Shown: piece after piece, positions 29,405-38,909 of the stretch
Layout: each line of letters begins with the position of its first letter
Numbering within the stretch: the first letter of the stretch is position 1
Assembly: GCA_963422615.1 (NCBI GenBank)
Contig: OY730414.1
Location: 2,092,302 to 2,156,301, forward strand
Source: Longimicrobiales bacterium
GTDB taxonomy: Bacteria > Gemmatimonadota > Gemmatimonadetes > Longimicrobiales > Gaopeijiaceae
Direction of reading: 5' to 3'
Length of the DNA stretch: 64,000 bases
Program-made: the position numbers and the translations under genes
Notes under the pieces: generated by a model
Database searches by the model: none
Told to the model about the DNA's origin: nothing
Seen by the model: only the letters and a program-made list of their open reading frames with translations

Positions 29405-30607
29405 TCATGGGCTGGAAGGCGCCACCAACCGCAAACCCACCACGCGCCTTGCCCCGGAAGCCGGATCCGCTTCGACGCCCCACGCGTGGGTCGGGGTCGC
29501 CTCCCGGAGTCCGAACCCGGCGGGAAGCAGGACCCGTCGGGGGGCCGACGTGTTGTCGCCCCGAACAAGAGAATACCACACCGACGACCCGCCGACGGCT
29601 TCGGCGGTGAGGATCCAGACTTCGCCGAAGGTCGTCGCGATCAGGGCTCGGGCGGCAGGGTAGAATTCGGGGAGGTAAACGGCCGCACGGGCCGCCTCTC
29701 GCACGGCCTCGGGCGCCAAGGGACGGCCGCTCTCCACCCGCTGCAACACAGCCAGCGCCTCTTTCGAAAACCGCTCCACCGCCTCGTCCTGGAGCTCCTG
29801 CGATAGGGGCACCCTCGGCAAATCAACGCTGCGGTGCCAGACCGTGTCGCCTTCAGCCGTCACCTCGATCAGCTCGATTCGGCCCGGACCCAGATTCCGG
29901 CGCAGGACACCGGCCCTGCCGACGGAGGCGTCAAGGTACATCAAGTCGAAGTCTCCGAAGGACTGGATACTATAGAACGCAGGTGGGAAATCCGGGTCTT
30001 GCCCCAGCCGCACACCCAAGGCCATGTGGGCCATGTTGAGCACCGCCACCGTGTCCTGGGTCCACCCCTCCCCGGACCTTGTAAGGCGAACGACCGCTTG
30101 GCGCGCCGGGGCTCGTTCGCCGCCCCATCCCAGCAGGAACCGGGCGCTGGGAAGTTTCGTCACGGCAAAAAAGCTGCGGTCCGGCAGGACCGCCTGGACA
30201 TTCAGGGCGCCAGGAGGGGCGTCCGCCATCTCCGCCAGCGCTCCGTCTCCCGTGAACCTTGCGAACCCTAGGCGGGACCGGACCCAAAAGCCGGAACCCG
30301 TGTCGTCGGCGCCAACCCCCAGGGGAGGAGCCCCAAAATCCGCCAGCTCCCCGTCCCCCGCGACCTCTCTCACAAACCCGCCTCGGGGCGTCCAGAGGGT
30401 CAGTCTGCGAACCCTCGGCTCACTAACCATGATCCGGGCGCCGTCCTTGCTGAAACGGACGCTGCCGACTGTTCCGAACTCCAGGTCACCCTGTCCCCTT
30501 CCAAGGAGTTCGAAGTCCTTGCGCGCACTCCACGATTGGCCGGCGACGGCACCATCGGCAACGATGCCGAAGGTAAGGGCGGCAACGGCCAGCAAGGGCA
30601 GCTTCAT
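29405..30607 (-). CDS. Secreted 6-bladed beta-propeller-like protein (paralog 2)
   Basis: Signal peptide; GRGQGDLEFG, LTLWTP.G, DTVWHR, GEVWI, WY...RGD...P.RRVLLP, THAWGVE motifs shared with its neighbour. Confidence 0.75.
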   Translation of the reverse strand: MKLPLLAVAALTFGIVADGAVAGQSWSARKDFELLGRGQGDLEFGTVGSVRFSKDGARIMVSEPRVRRLTLWTPRGGFVREVAGDGELADFGAPPLGVGADDTGSGFWVRSRLGFARFTGDGALAEMADAPPGALNVQAVLPDRSFFAVTKLPSARFLLGWGGERAPARQAVVRLTRSGEGWTQDTVAVLNMAHMALGVRLGQDPDFPPAFYSIQSFGDFDLMYLDASVGRAGVLRRNLGPGRIELIEVTAEGDTVWHRSVDLPRVPLSQELQDEAVERFSKEALAVLQRVESGRPLAPEAVREAARAAVYLPEFYPAARALIATTFGEVWILTAEAVGGSSVWYSLVRGDNTSAPRRVLLPAGFGLREATPTHAWGVEADPASGARRVVGLRLVAPSSP

Positions 30608-30653
30608 TCGAGGCAAGATTCGAGGCAAGACGAAGGCGATCGCCAACCCCTCC

Positions 30654-31901
30654 CTATCGCGACGGATCCGGATCCTCGTTCGGTGCACGGACCAGCTTCC
30701 GGCCCACGACGTAGTTGATGTCCAAAGAATCCTCCCGAACGCCCCAGACGTGGGTTGCAGTTCCGTCGTACATGGCAAAACCGGTAGGTAACAAAACTCT
30801 TTTCGCCGGCGACGTAGTGTCGCCGCGACCGATCGCGTACCACACCGCAAGGGTGTCCACCTTCTCGAAGGTCCTCAGCCAAATGTCGCCGGATGTAGTG
30901 CCCACCATCCGGGATACACCTGGAACCGGATCGGGGAGGTAGACCGCTTCCTCCACCATCCGGCGGGCCCTCGCTTCGGACAGGAACTCCGATTCAAGGG
31001 CCGCCCTTCTGTGCACCAACCGCGTAAGGGTTTCTACCAGCTCCTCGGCCCGAGCGGGGTCCATGGGCACAACCGGGAGGGACAAACGACGGTGCCAAGT
31101 TGTATCTCCCGCAACCGTCACCTCCGAGAGCACGACCTGGCCCCCCTCCCCATTTCTCCGTGCAACGACGACCGCGCCCGTGCGGGGGTCGTAGTAGCTC
31201 AGGTCATAATCCCCGTACGCCTGAACGGAGAAAAACCCGACAACTCCCGACTCGGGGTCGTCCCCCTGGATGTTCAAGCCCTGATTCGTCATGTCCAGGA
31301 CAACGACCGTATCCATCAACCACTGTCCCTGGTCCTGGGCAGCATGGAAGACCGGAAGATCGAGGACGGGATCGTCACCGTGCCAACCCTCCACGACTCC
31401 CGGCGGGATCACCGGCGTGGCCAGGTAACCGCCGTCCAAGAGGGCCTCGGCTCGCAGCCGAAAGCCCCGGAAACTCAAGGTCGACGGCAGATCCGGGACG
31501 GTTTCCAAAAGGGCACCGTCGGCGGCGAAGCGCGTGAAGCGCCGTTGGTCCTGCACGTAGAAGCTCATGGAGTCGACGTGGACCCGGTGCGGAACCCTGA
31601 ACTCTCCGGGTCCCTCTCCCCACCTGCCTACCGTGACCAGCCGGGTCCCCGTGGGCGCCCAGAGGGTCAGGCGGGCCTCGTAGGGCTCCAGGACGAAGAC
31701 CCGAGCGCCCTCCACCCGGACCTGGGACACCACGCCAAACAAGGCGTCGCCCTCCAGGGCATCGCCGATCTCGAATTCAACTTCGGTGGTCCACGTCTGG
31801 GCTTCGTCCGCCGGTTCCTCAACCGACTCGCAGGCACCCGAAAGGAGCAACGGAACGGTTGCCCACAGGGACGGGGACGGGCGAAGGAGGTACGGCCTCA
31901 T
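30654..31901 (-). CDS. 6-bladed beta-propeller-like lipoprotein (paralog 1)
   Basis: Lipobox SGAC; GRWGEGPGEF (NHL-like), GDIWL, THVWGVREDSLDINYV. ATG overlaps the upstream stop (ATGA). Confidence 0.8.
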   Translation of the reverse strand: MRPYLLRPSPSLWATVPLLLSGACESVEEPADEAQTWTTEVEFEIGDALEGDALFGVVSQVRVEGARVFVLEPYEARLTLWAPTGTRLVTVGRWGEGPGEFRVPHRVHVDSMSFYVQDQRRFTRFAADGALLETVPDLPSTLSFRGFRLRAEALLDGGYLATPVIPPGVVEGWHGDDPVLDLPVFHAAQDQGQWLMDTVVVLDMTNQGLNIQGDDPESGVVGFFSVQAYGDYDLSYYDPRTGAVVVARRNGEGGQVVLSEVTVAGDTTWHRRLSLPVVPMDPARAEELVETLTRLVHRRAALESEFLSEARARRMVEEAVYLPDPVPGVSRMVGTTSGDIWLRTFEKVDTLAVWYAIGRGDTTSPAKRVLLPTGFAMYDGTATHVWGVREDSLDINYVVGRKLVRAPNEDPDPSR

Positions 31902-32401
31902 CCTGCCCAAAGCCTTCGAAAGGATTTCCCGGGGAGATCGATTTCGCCCACAAGGGCGCCGTCGCACTTTCGCCTCAGGAACCGGCGCTCACCCCGAAAG
32001 GCGAGATAAAACAAGCCGTCTGCCGAGAGCGTCCCACCCTTGGCCACTGCGTCCAAAGCATCGCCTTCCACTGCCGCCTGTTGGGCGTCCGCCATTGATT
32101 CGGAACACACTCCCCCACCCAGACCGCAGAAACAGTGTTTGTGGTCGTCGTGTTTAAAAGGTTCGTCCGCACAGGTGTTGCCACCAAAGCCGTCTCCGTA
32201 CTCACACGAGCCAATGCCGACGTGAGGGCAATACCCGTGGCAAGTGGAGCAGTTGCCTGTGGGCGGGGGCTGCTGCGCCACAGCTGGCGCGGGTCGGTTG
32301 AGAACAACCACAACCGCAAAGAAAACTGCCACCAGGGCTCGAAGTGCAGCCCGAACTGTGACGGCTGGATCGAAAACGGTAAGGGACAAGCCATTGGCCA
32401 T
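31898..32401 (-). CDS. Secreted Cys/His-rich small protein with a CxxCH motif
   Basis: GGAGGT RBS before ATG 32401 (alternative start 32416); signal peptide ending AVA-Q; 8 Cys within about 50 residues including CSTCH; HDDHKH; C-terminal RRKCDG. Confidence 0.75.
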   Translation of the reverse strand: MANGLSLTVFDPAVTVRAALRALVAVFFAVVVVLNRPAPAVAQQPPPTGNCSTCHGYCPHVGIGSCEYGDGFGGNTCADEPFKHDDHKHCFCGLGGGVCSESMADAQQAAVEGDALDAVAKGGTLSADGLFYLAFRGERRFLRRKCDGALVGEIDLPGKSFRRLWAG

Positions 32402-32575
32402 CGGAACCTCCAGCATAGGGATTTACTTCCTCCCAGGAGGTCCTTCCTCCGACACAGCACCGTAACCGGTTGTCGTTCCCTGTGTCAAGAAAACGTCCCC
32501 AGCAACCCGCCTGCGAACAGCAAACCGGAGCTCCGAACCAAAGTCGCCGCGGCGTCCGCAGCGTCCGCCCGGGAA

Positions 32576-33154
32576 TCAGCGGGACGTCCGCCGGTCCGAC
32601 CCTCGCACGCCCAACACGTCCGCAACGCTCCGGAGCCCGTCAATCACGTTGCGGATGTGGACGTTCCGGTCCAGTCCGATCAGCTTGATTCCCCGATATA
32701 CATCGTCCCGAAGAACCCCTGCCGCGAACGACTTGTCCTTCAGCTTTTTCACCACGGACTTGGGCTTCAGGTCGTCGATCCCGTTGGGGCGGACCAGGCA
32801 ACAGGCATAGATCAGGCCGCTCAGCTCGTCGCAGGCGAAGAGGACCCGGTCCAGGGGCGTCTCGGGAGGCACGTCGGTTCGGTCCGGGTAGGCGTGGGCC
32901 AGGATTGCCCGAACCACCGCTTCCGGGTACTGGAGTTCGCGAAGTCGCTCGACTCCCTTGTGGGGGTGCTCGTCCGGGTACCTTTCCCAGTCCAAGTCGT
33001 GCAGCAGACCGGCCAACCCCCACAGCTCCTCGTCCTCGCCCATGAGCCGGGCGTAGTGCCGGACCGCCGCCTCTACAGCGTACATGTGCTTCTTGAGGCC
33101 CTCGTTTTGAACCCATGATTCAAGAAGCGTGATGGCGTCGGGCCGGGTGGGCAT
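32576..33154 (-). CDS. HD (HDIG) domain phosphohydrolase
   Basis: KHMYAVE, GLLHDLD, AILAH, ACDELSG, KKLKDKSFAAGV. Confidence 0.88.
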   Translation of the reverse strand: MPTRPDAITLLESWVQNEGLKKHMYAVEAAVRHYARLMGEDEELWGLAGLLHDLDWERYPDEHPHKGVERLRELQYPEAVVRAILAHAYPDRTDVPPETPLDRVLFACDELSGLIYACCLVRPNGIDDLKPKSVVKKLKDKSFAAGVLRDDVYRGIKLIGLDRNVHIRNVIDGLRSVADVLGVRGSDRRTSR

Positions 33155-33237
33155 GTCAAAATCCTCTCATGCGAAAAGGGGCGGGCGGCGTGCGGGAATG
33201 ATGCAGCTGCGCGCGGGTGAGTCATCGCGCAAGTGGA

Positions 33238-33888
33238 TCATACCGTGCTGGAAGGGCACAAGTGGGAGACGGCGCACTGGTGGCAGCGCGGACGCCGGGC
33301 GGGGCAGATTTGGCGCCCGTGGTAGATGAGCAGATGGGCGAGCATGGTCCAGACCCGGACCGGGAAGAGCGCCATGAGGTCCTTCTCAATCTTGTCGGGG
33401 TTCGTTTCCCCGGTGAATCCCAGACGCCGGGACAGTCGCTTCACGTGGGTGTCCACGACGACGCCTTCGTCGATTCCGAAGGCGTTCCCCAGGATCACGT
33501 TCGCGGTCTTGCGGCCGATCCCCGGCATGGCGGAGAGGGCCTTCATGTTCCTGGGCATTTCCCCGCCGTGCTCTTGGTTCAAGACGGTGGCCATCCCCAC
33601 GAGACTCCGGGCCTTGTTGCGGTAGAAACCCGTGGAGCGGATCACCTCTTCCAGCGCTTCCCGGGAGGCCTCGGCCAGAGACCGGGGATCCGGATAGCGG
33701 CGGAACAACTCGGGCGTCACCTTGTTGACCCGCACGTCGGTACACCGGGCGGAAAGGATGGTCGCCACGGCCAGTTCAAAAGGCGATTCGTGGTTCAACG
33801 CGCACGTCGCGTCCGGGTATTCCTGAAGGAGAAGTTCGTAGACCTGTGCGGCCCGTTCCTTCGCGGCCTTCCTGGATTCGGGGGGCAT
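33238..33888 (-). CDS. nth: Endonuclease III
   Basis: HhH motif PGIGRKTAN, VDTHV, 4Fe-4S motif CPARRPRCHQCAVSHLC. Confidence 0.96.
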   Translation of the reverse strand: MPPESRKAAKERAAQVYELLLQEYPDATCALNHESPFELAVATILSARCTDVRVNKVTPELFRRYPDPRSLAEASREALEEVIRSTGFYRNKARSLVGMATVLNQEHGGEMPRNMKALSAMPGIGRKTANVILGNAFGIDEGVVVDTHVKRLSRRLGFTGETNPDKIEKDLMALFPVRVWTMLAHLLIYHGRQICPARRPRCHQCAVSHLCPSSTV

Positions 33889-33955
33889 AGGGTTGGCCCT
33901 TACTCGTTAGGGAGATTCGAGTCCTAGGGGGCGGACGTCAAGCATGATTCAAGCC

Positions 33956-34771
33956 CTAGAGGATGACGTACGGCAGCGCCGTCGGCCGGGTGCCTCCGCG
34001 TTCTTCGCACGAAGGAGAGGGGTTCGCCGGGCATCCTGCCTGGGGGGTCGCCTCTGGCGCTTCTGACGCCCGCCGCGCCACCGTCGCGCGTAGGCACAGG
34101 GCCACCAGCTTGTAGACCTCCGCCGGGGTGCGAACTCCCAGCAGGCCGTCCAACTCCGCACCCGGGAGGGCAGTCTCGAACTCCCGGCCGCCTTCCCTTG
34201 CTGGCTCCACCGCCCATTCGGGAAGGGAAGCGAGGGGCTGGGGGGGCACAGGCACGAAGCGGTATCCGGGGCGGCCCTCCCGGATCCCCGCCACCACGGC
34301 GATCTCCAAAATGCCGCTCTCGTGTGCGGCCCAGAAGAAGCCGTCCCCAGATTCTGGACCGTCGGCACCCTGCTCTTCGATCCAGACCATGTGCCTGGGA
34401 AACTGGACGTAGCCCCCCCGTTCTAGAAGGGTCCCCTCCCACCCCGGCTCCCCGATTTCTTCCTTCAAGAGGCGACGCAGGGTTCGGGCGGAAACCAGAG
34501 TGACGGAACAGCCCCTCCGCCACATGTGGTAGGCGAAGTACAGGACGCCTCCGTGGTCGCCGGCGAATTCGGGTCCGGCATCGTCGGGCCGCAGCTCTGC
34601 CAGGGTTCCTTGAGCCGCCCCCAGCATGGCGAACGCTGCCGGGTTGCCCAGGTCCGCCCCCCGCTCCTGGGCCTCGGCCTCCACGGCGCGAAAGCGCTGA
34701 AGCGGAAAGGCGGGATCCGGGAAGACCATTTCGTAGGGCGTCAGGCGGGCGTATGCGTCGTGAACGGCCAT
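33956..34771 (-). CDS. Conserved-looking hypothetical protein
   Basis: RBS-like GGGGG is on the other strand, but the ORF is co-oriented in the operon and protein-like (YARLTPYE, YVQFPRHMVW, FETALPGAELDGL). Confidence 0.7.
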   Translation of the reverse strand: MAVHDAYARLTPYEMVFPDPAFPLQRFRAVEAEAQERGADLGNPAAFAMLGAAQGTLAELRPDDAGPEFAGDHGGVLYFAYHMWRRGCSVTLVSARTLRRLLKEEIGEPGWEGTLLERGGYVQFPRHMVWIEEQGADGPESGDGFFWAAHESGILEIAVVAGIREGRPGYRFVPVPPQPLASLPEWAVEPAREGGREFETALPGAELDGLLGVRTPAEVYKLVALCLRATVARRASEAPEATPQAGCPANPSPSCEERGGTRPTALPYVIL

Positions 34772-34777
34772 CGGGGG

Positions 34778-36268
34778 TTACTGCGTCTGCCTCGTCTGGC
34801 CAAGGGTTGTTCGGGCCGGCTGCGTGGCCTCGGGATCCTGAACCCGGGAGGCGAGCCAGCGGTTCGAGGCAATCAGAATCACGATCACGACGGCAAACTG
34901 GATGAGAACCGTCCCGACGTTGTACGGAGAGAAGAGCGTCCAAGTCTCCTCGAGGCTGTCACCTCGAGCTTGGTACAGCCACCAGACCAGGAGCACGACA
35001 GCCTCGACCACCACAAAACGCACGGCCCAGTCCCACCAGCGGCCGATTCTCACGTCGGAGTCCGGAGTGTTGATGAAGGTTTCGCGCCACTTGGTCACGC
35101 CGTACTTCAGCACGGCGCACGCGAAGAAGAGGCCCGAGAGCATCAGGCCCACACCCCAGACCCAATCCTGGTTCTGGAAGATGCCGATCCGGAGCGCCGA
35201 AGGGATGCCCAGGAGGAAGCCCGCGGTCCCGACGGCCGCGATCGCCCGGCCCCGGGTCAGCCCCAGGTCCATGAGGACCCGCGCCGCCAGCTCGATCATC
35301 GCCACCAGGCTGGACCAAGCGGCGAAGACCAGGGCCAGGAAGAAGAGGGCCATGAAGAACCGCCCGCCCGGGATCTGGGCGAAGAGCTGGGGCACCCAAA
35401 TGAAAGTGAGCCCCTCGTTGCCCGCCCCCACGATTTCTCCCGCGGCCGCCGGCATGACCGAAAAGATCGTGCAGAGCACCATGATCCCGGCTAAAAGGGA
35501 CATGGAGTTGTTTCCGAAGCCAATGACGAAGGCGTTCAGGGCCGTGTCTTCCCGGGCTCGCATGTAGAAGGCGTACGACAGCACAAGACCCCATCCGGCT
35601 CCCGTGTCCCATGCGTTCTGGGTCAGGGCCTCCAACCAGATCTGCACGTCGCCCAGGGCGCTGAAGTCGGGCGTGAAGAGGAAGGCCAGTCCTTCCGAGG
35701 CCCCGGGCAGAGTCACGGCCTTCACCGCCAGGACCACGACCAGAATCACCAGGGACGGGATCAGGAACTTGGCCGCCGTTTCGATCCCGCGAACCCCCTT
35801 GGAGACGACAAAGACGCCCAGTCCCACGGCGAATCCGTGGAAGAGGATCGCCTGGGGCGTGGAGTTGAAGGCGTCCCAGAACGCCCCGGGTACTTCGGTC
35901 GGGAGGGCCCCGGTCAGGGTGGCGGTGAAGAACCGGATCGTCCATCCCATGACGACCGAGTAGTAGAACATGATTGCCGTGGCGACCCAGGCAACCCAAG
36001 CCCCCATCCAGGCGAATCGCGGTCCCATCGTCTTGACGAAGGAACCGATCGTTCCCCGACGCGTCCCCTTCCCCATCCCGAATTCCAGGATCAGCAGGGG
36101 AATCGACCAGAGGAGCAGGAAGACGGCCCACGCCACCAGAAACGTCCCGCCCCCGTTCGAAGCGGCGATGCGGGGAAACCGCCAAATGTTCCCGGTACCG
36201 ATGGCCATGCCGAGCATGGCGAGGAGCATACCCCATCGAGAACTGAAGACCCTGGACCTGGAAGACAC
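34778..36268 (-). CDS. Sodium-dependent amino-acid transporter, NSS/SNF family
   Basis: AIGTGNIWRFP, NGGGTF, FYYSVVMGW, GLTFIWVP; about 12 TM segments. Confidence 0.95.
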   Translation of the reverse strand: MSSRSRVFSSRWGMLLAMLGMAIGTGNIWRFPRIAASNGGGTFLVAWAVFLLLWSIPLLILEFGMGKGTRRGTIGSFVKTMGPRFAWMGAWVAWVATAIMFYYSVVMGWTIRFFTATLTGALPTEVPGAFWDAFNSTPQAILFHGFAVGLGVFVVSKGVRGIETAAKFLIPSLVILVVVLAVKAVTLPGASEGLAFLFTPDFSALGDVQIWLEALTQNAWDTGAGWGLVLSYAFYMRAREDTALNAFVIGFGNNSMSLLAGIMVLCTIFSVMPAAAGEIVGAGNEGLTFIWVPQLFAQIPGGRFFMALFFLALVFAAWSSLVAMIELAARVLMDLGLTRGRAIAAVGTAGFLLGIPSALRIGIFQNQDWVWGVGLMLSGLFFACAVLKYGVTKWRETFINTPDSDVRIGRWWDWAVRFVVVEAVVLLVWWLYQARGDSLEETWTLFSPYNVGTVLIQFAVVIVILIASNRWLASRVQDPEATQPARTTLGQTRQTQ

Positions 36269-36347
36269 CGAGCATCGACTCCTTGATTGGAGGGACGGAA
36301 GAGATCAGCCTATCAAGTCCCCGCGCTTTCGGCCATATCCCACGTCT

Positions 36348-36387
36348 TCCCGGCCGTCTGGGAACCATCCCGGCCGTCTGGGAACCA
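36348..36387. repeat. Perfect 20-nt tandem repeat TCCCGGCCGTCTGGGAACCA x2, each unit a hairpin
   Basis: Read directly; TCCCGG pairs with CTGGGA (one G-U) within each unit; lies between glyQS and the NSS gene. Confidence 0.9.
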
Positions 36388-36444
36388 CAGTCTTCTGTTG
36401 CAGTACGGCGGGACGGTCCGCCCGACCCCGACCCTGCTCCGGGG

Positions 36445-37779
36445 CTATCGCAACCGCTCCCGGATCCACGCCTCCACATGGTCCAGTCCGACCCGTTCCT
36501 GCAGGAGGCTGTCCCGGTCCCGGATCGTGACGCTTGCGTCTTCCTCGGTCTTTCCGTCTATGGTGATGCACCAGGGAGTTCCCGCCTCGTCCTGCCTGCG
36601 GTAGCGGCGCCCGATGGACCCGGCCTGGTCGTAGAAGGACGGGATGCGGGCCCGGCGGAGGGCATCGTGAAGCCGAGAGGCCGTCTCGGGCATTCCGTGC
36701 TTCTTTACCAAGGGGAAGACCGCGGCCTTGATGGGCGCCAGGCGCGGGTGGATGGCCAGGACGACCCGGGTCTCCCCCCCCACCTCCTCCTCCCGGTACG
36801 CGTCCACCAGCACGACCAGGACTGCCCGCCCGACTCCCATGGCGGTCTCGACCACGTAGGGGATGAATCGTCTGGCCGACCCGGGATCGATGTAGAGGAG
36901 CCGCTTCCCGGAGAATTCCTGGTGCCGGGAGAGGTCGAAGTCGGTCCGGTTGTGAACGCCTTCCAACTCCTGCCAGCCGAAGGGAAACTCGTATTCGATG
37001 TCCAGCGCGGCCTTGGCATAATGGGCGAGCTGGCCGGAGCCATGTTCGGCGAAGCGCAACTTTGCCGGACAGATCCCCAACTCGTGGTGCCAGGCCAGCC
37101 TCTGGTCCCGCCAGTAGGCGAACCATTCATCGTCGGAACCGGGCTCCACGAAGAACTGCATCTCCGCCTGCTCGAACTCCCGGGTTCGGAAGATGAAGTT
37201 GCCCGGGGTGATCTCGTTCCGGAACGCCTTCCCCAGCTGGGCGATCCCGAAGGGCACCCGCTTCCGAGAAGTCTGCTGGACATTCAGGAAGTTCACGTAG
37301 GTTCCCTGGGCCGTCTCGGGGCGCAGGTAGACGACGGAAGCGTCCTCTTCCACCGGACCCATGAAGGTCTTGAACATCAGGTTGAAGAGGCGGGGCTCCC
37401 CGATCTCGCAGTCTTTGTAGGCTCCGGGGGCGACGGAGGGCTTCCTAGGGCAACGGCTCTCTTTCAGCGCGTCCGCGCGCCACCGCCGCTTGCACATCTT
37501 GCACTCCAGAAGGGGGTCGGCAAAGCCGTCCACGTGTCCGGACGCCTCCCACACCCGGGGATGCATGAGAATCCCCGCGTCCAGCCCTTCGACGTCGTCC
37601 CGGGCGTGGACCATGGCAGACCACCACGCTTCGGCGACGTTTCTGCGCAACTCCACCCCCAGAGGCCCGTAGTCCCACACCGATGCCGCGCCACCGTAAA
37701 TCTCCGACGACTGAAAAACGAAGCCCCGCCGCTTGCACAGCGAGACGATTCTGTCCATCCGGTTCGGCACGTTTCCCAT
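36445..37779 (-). CDS. glyQS: Glycine--tRNA ligase (alpha2 type)
   Basis: LCKRRGF, DYGPLG, YLRPETAQG, FRNEITPGNFIFRTREFEQ, GRRYRRQDEAGTP. Confidence 0.97.
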   Translation of the reverse strand: MGNVPNRMDRIVSLCKRRGFVFQSSEIYGGAASVWDYGPLGVELRRNVAEAWWSAMVHARDDVEGLDAGILMHPRVWEASGHVDGFADPLLECKMCKRRWRADALKESRCPRKPSVAPGAYKDCEIGEPRLFNLMFKTFMGPVEEDASVVYLRPETAQGTYVNFLNVQQTSRKRVPFGIAQLGKAFRNEITPGNFIFRTREFEQAEMQFFVEPGSDDEWFAYWRDQRLAWHHELGICPAKLRFAEHGSGQLAHYAKAALDIEYEFPFGWQELEGVHNRTDFDLSRHQEFSGKRLLYIDPGSARRFIPYVVETAMGVGRAVLVVLVDAYREEEVGGETRVVLAIHPRLAPIKAAVFPLVKKHGMPETASRLHDALRRARIPSFYDQAGSIGRRYRRQDEAGTPWCITIDGKTEEDASVTIRDRDSLLQERVGLDHVEAWIRERLR

Positions 37780-37836
37780 AAATCCCGTTGCTCCGTGAGG
37801 TCGGGCCCACCGCCCAAGGCGAGCCGGGCGATCCCT

Positions 37837-38745
37837 TCAGGGGCTCCGCCGGGCGAAGTCCCCCGCCGTGGGAGGCTCAATTCCCACCACTGCGGCGCTC
37901 CAGGCCCAGAGTCGCTCCTGGTCACCTTCGTCAAGGGCCGGGACGGACGGGGTCGCGGGCGACCGCTTGCTGAAGTACGCGCCGTTCAAGTTTTCCCCAA
38001 GCCGTCCCGCCACCAATTCCGCCAGGATCGGTCCCGCCTTCGCCGCCCCCCGGGCCACAAGGCCCGCCCCGGGGATGCCCCCCATATAGTCGCGGAACAG
38101 CCCCGTGTCGTACACGCCGGGGTGAAGTGCCAGGGCCTCCACGCCCGTTTCCGCCGTTCGCCTCCCCAAGGCCTTGGTGAAGAGGACGTTGGCCAGCTTG
38201 CTCTGCTGGTAGGCCCGGAGCCGCCGGTAGCGCTTTCGCTTGAAGTTCGGGTCGTCGAAATCGAAGGCCGGGCCGAAGTGCGCCCCGGACGATACCGTCA
38301 CGATGCGGGCCGGGCTGGGGGCCCGACGCAGCAGGGGCAACAGCAGGCAGGTCAAGAGGAAGTGGGCCAAGTGGGTCACGGCCAGCTGCAGCTCGAAGCC
38401 GTCCCGACTTTCGGCCCTCCTGCGCGGAATCACGGCGGCGTTGTTGATCAGTCCCGTCAGGGCAACCTCCCATTCGGCGATCCGGGCGGCTGCGCCACGC
38501 ACCGAGTCGAAGGAAGACAGATCGGCGACGACGACGCGGTGGGGCTCCGAACCGGCGGGGGCGGCCAGGGTCCGGAGCGCCTCTTCGCCCCGGTTCTTGC
38601 TCCGGCAAACCAGGATCACGGCGGGGCCGGCGGCGGCGATCCGCTGCGCGGCAGCCAGGCCGATTCCCCGGTTCCCCCCGGTGATGGCGATCATCCCCAA
38701 TGGTGTCTTCTCCCGAGCGGGGGCGTTCGTTTGTGGATCCGGCAC
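37837..38745 (-). CDS. Short-chain dehydrogenase/reductase (retinol-dehydrogenase-like)
   Basis: TGGNRGIG, INNAA, YQQSKLAN (YxxxK), LHPG. Start may be 38694. Confidence 0.92.
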   Translation of the reverse strand: MPDPQTNAPAREKTPLGMIAITGGNRGIGLAAAQRIAAAGPAVILVCRSKNRGEEALRTLAAPAGSEPHRVVVADLSSFDSVRGAAARIAEWEVALTGLINNAAVIPRRRAESRDGFELQLAVTHLAHFLLTCLLLPLLRRAPSPARIVTVSSGAHFGPAFDFDDPNFKRKRYRRLRAYQQSKLANVLFTKALGRRTAETGVEALALHPGVYDTGLFRDYMGGIPGAGLVARGAAKAGPILAELVAGRLGENLNGAYFSKRSPATPSVPALDEGDQERLWAWSAAVVGIEPPTAGDFARRSP

Positions 38746-38909
38746 AAAACGGCGGCCCGAACTGTGCGCCCGGAAACCTCGCCCGGACCCGGCGTTTCCG
38801 CCAGCGGGTCAGGTGCCGACGCCCCAGCTCTTCTGTCAGGGCACCAGCCCCTTCTGTGGAGCACGGTCTTGCCCCGGGTGCCCGCGCCGTCAAGCTTTCG
38901 GGCGAAACC

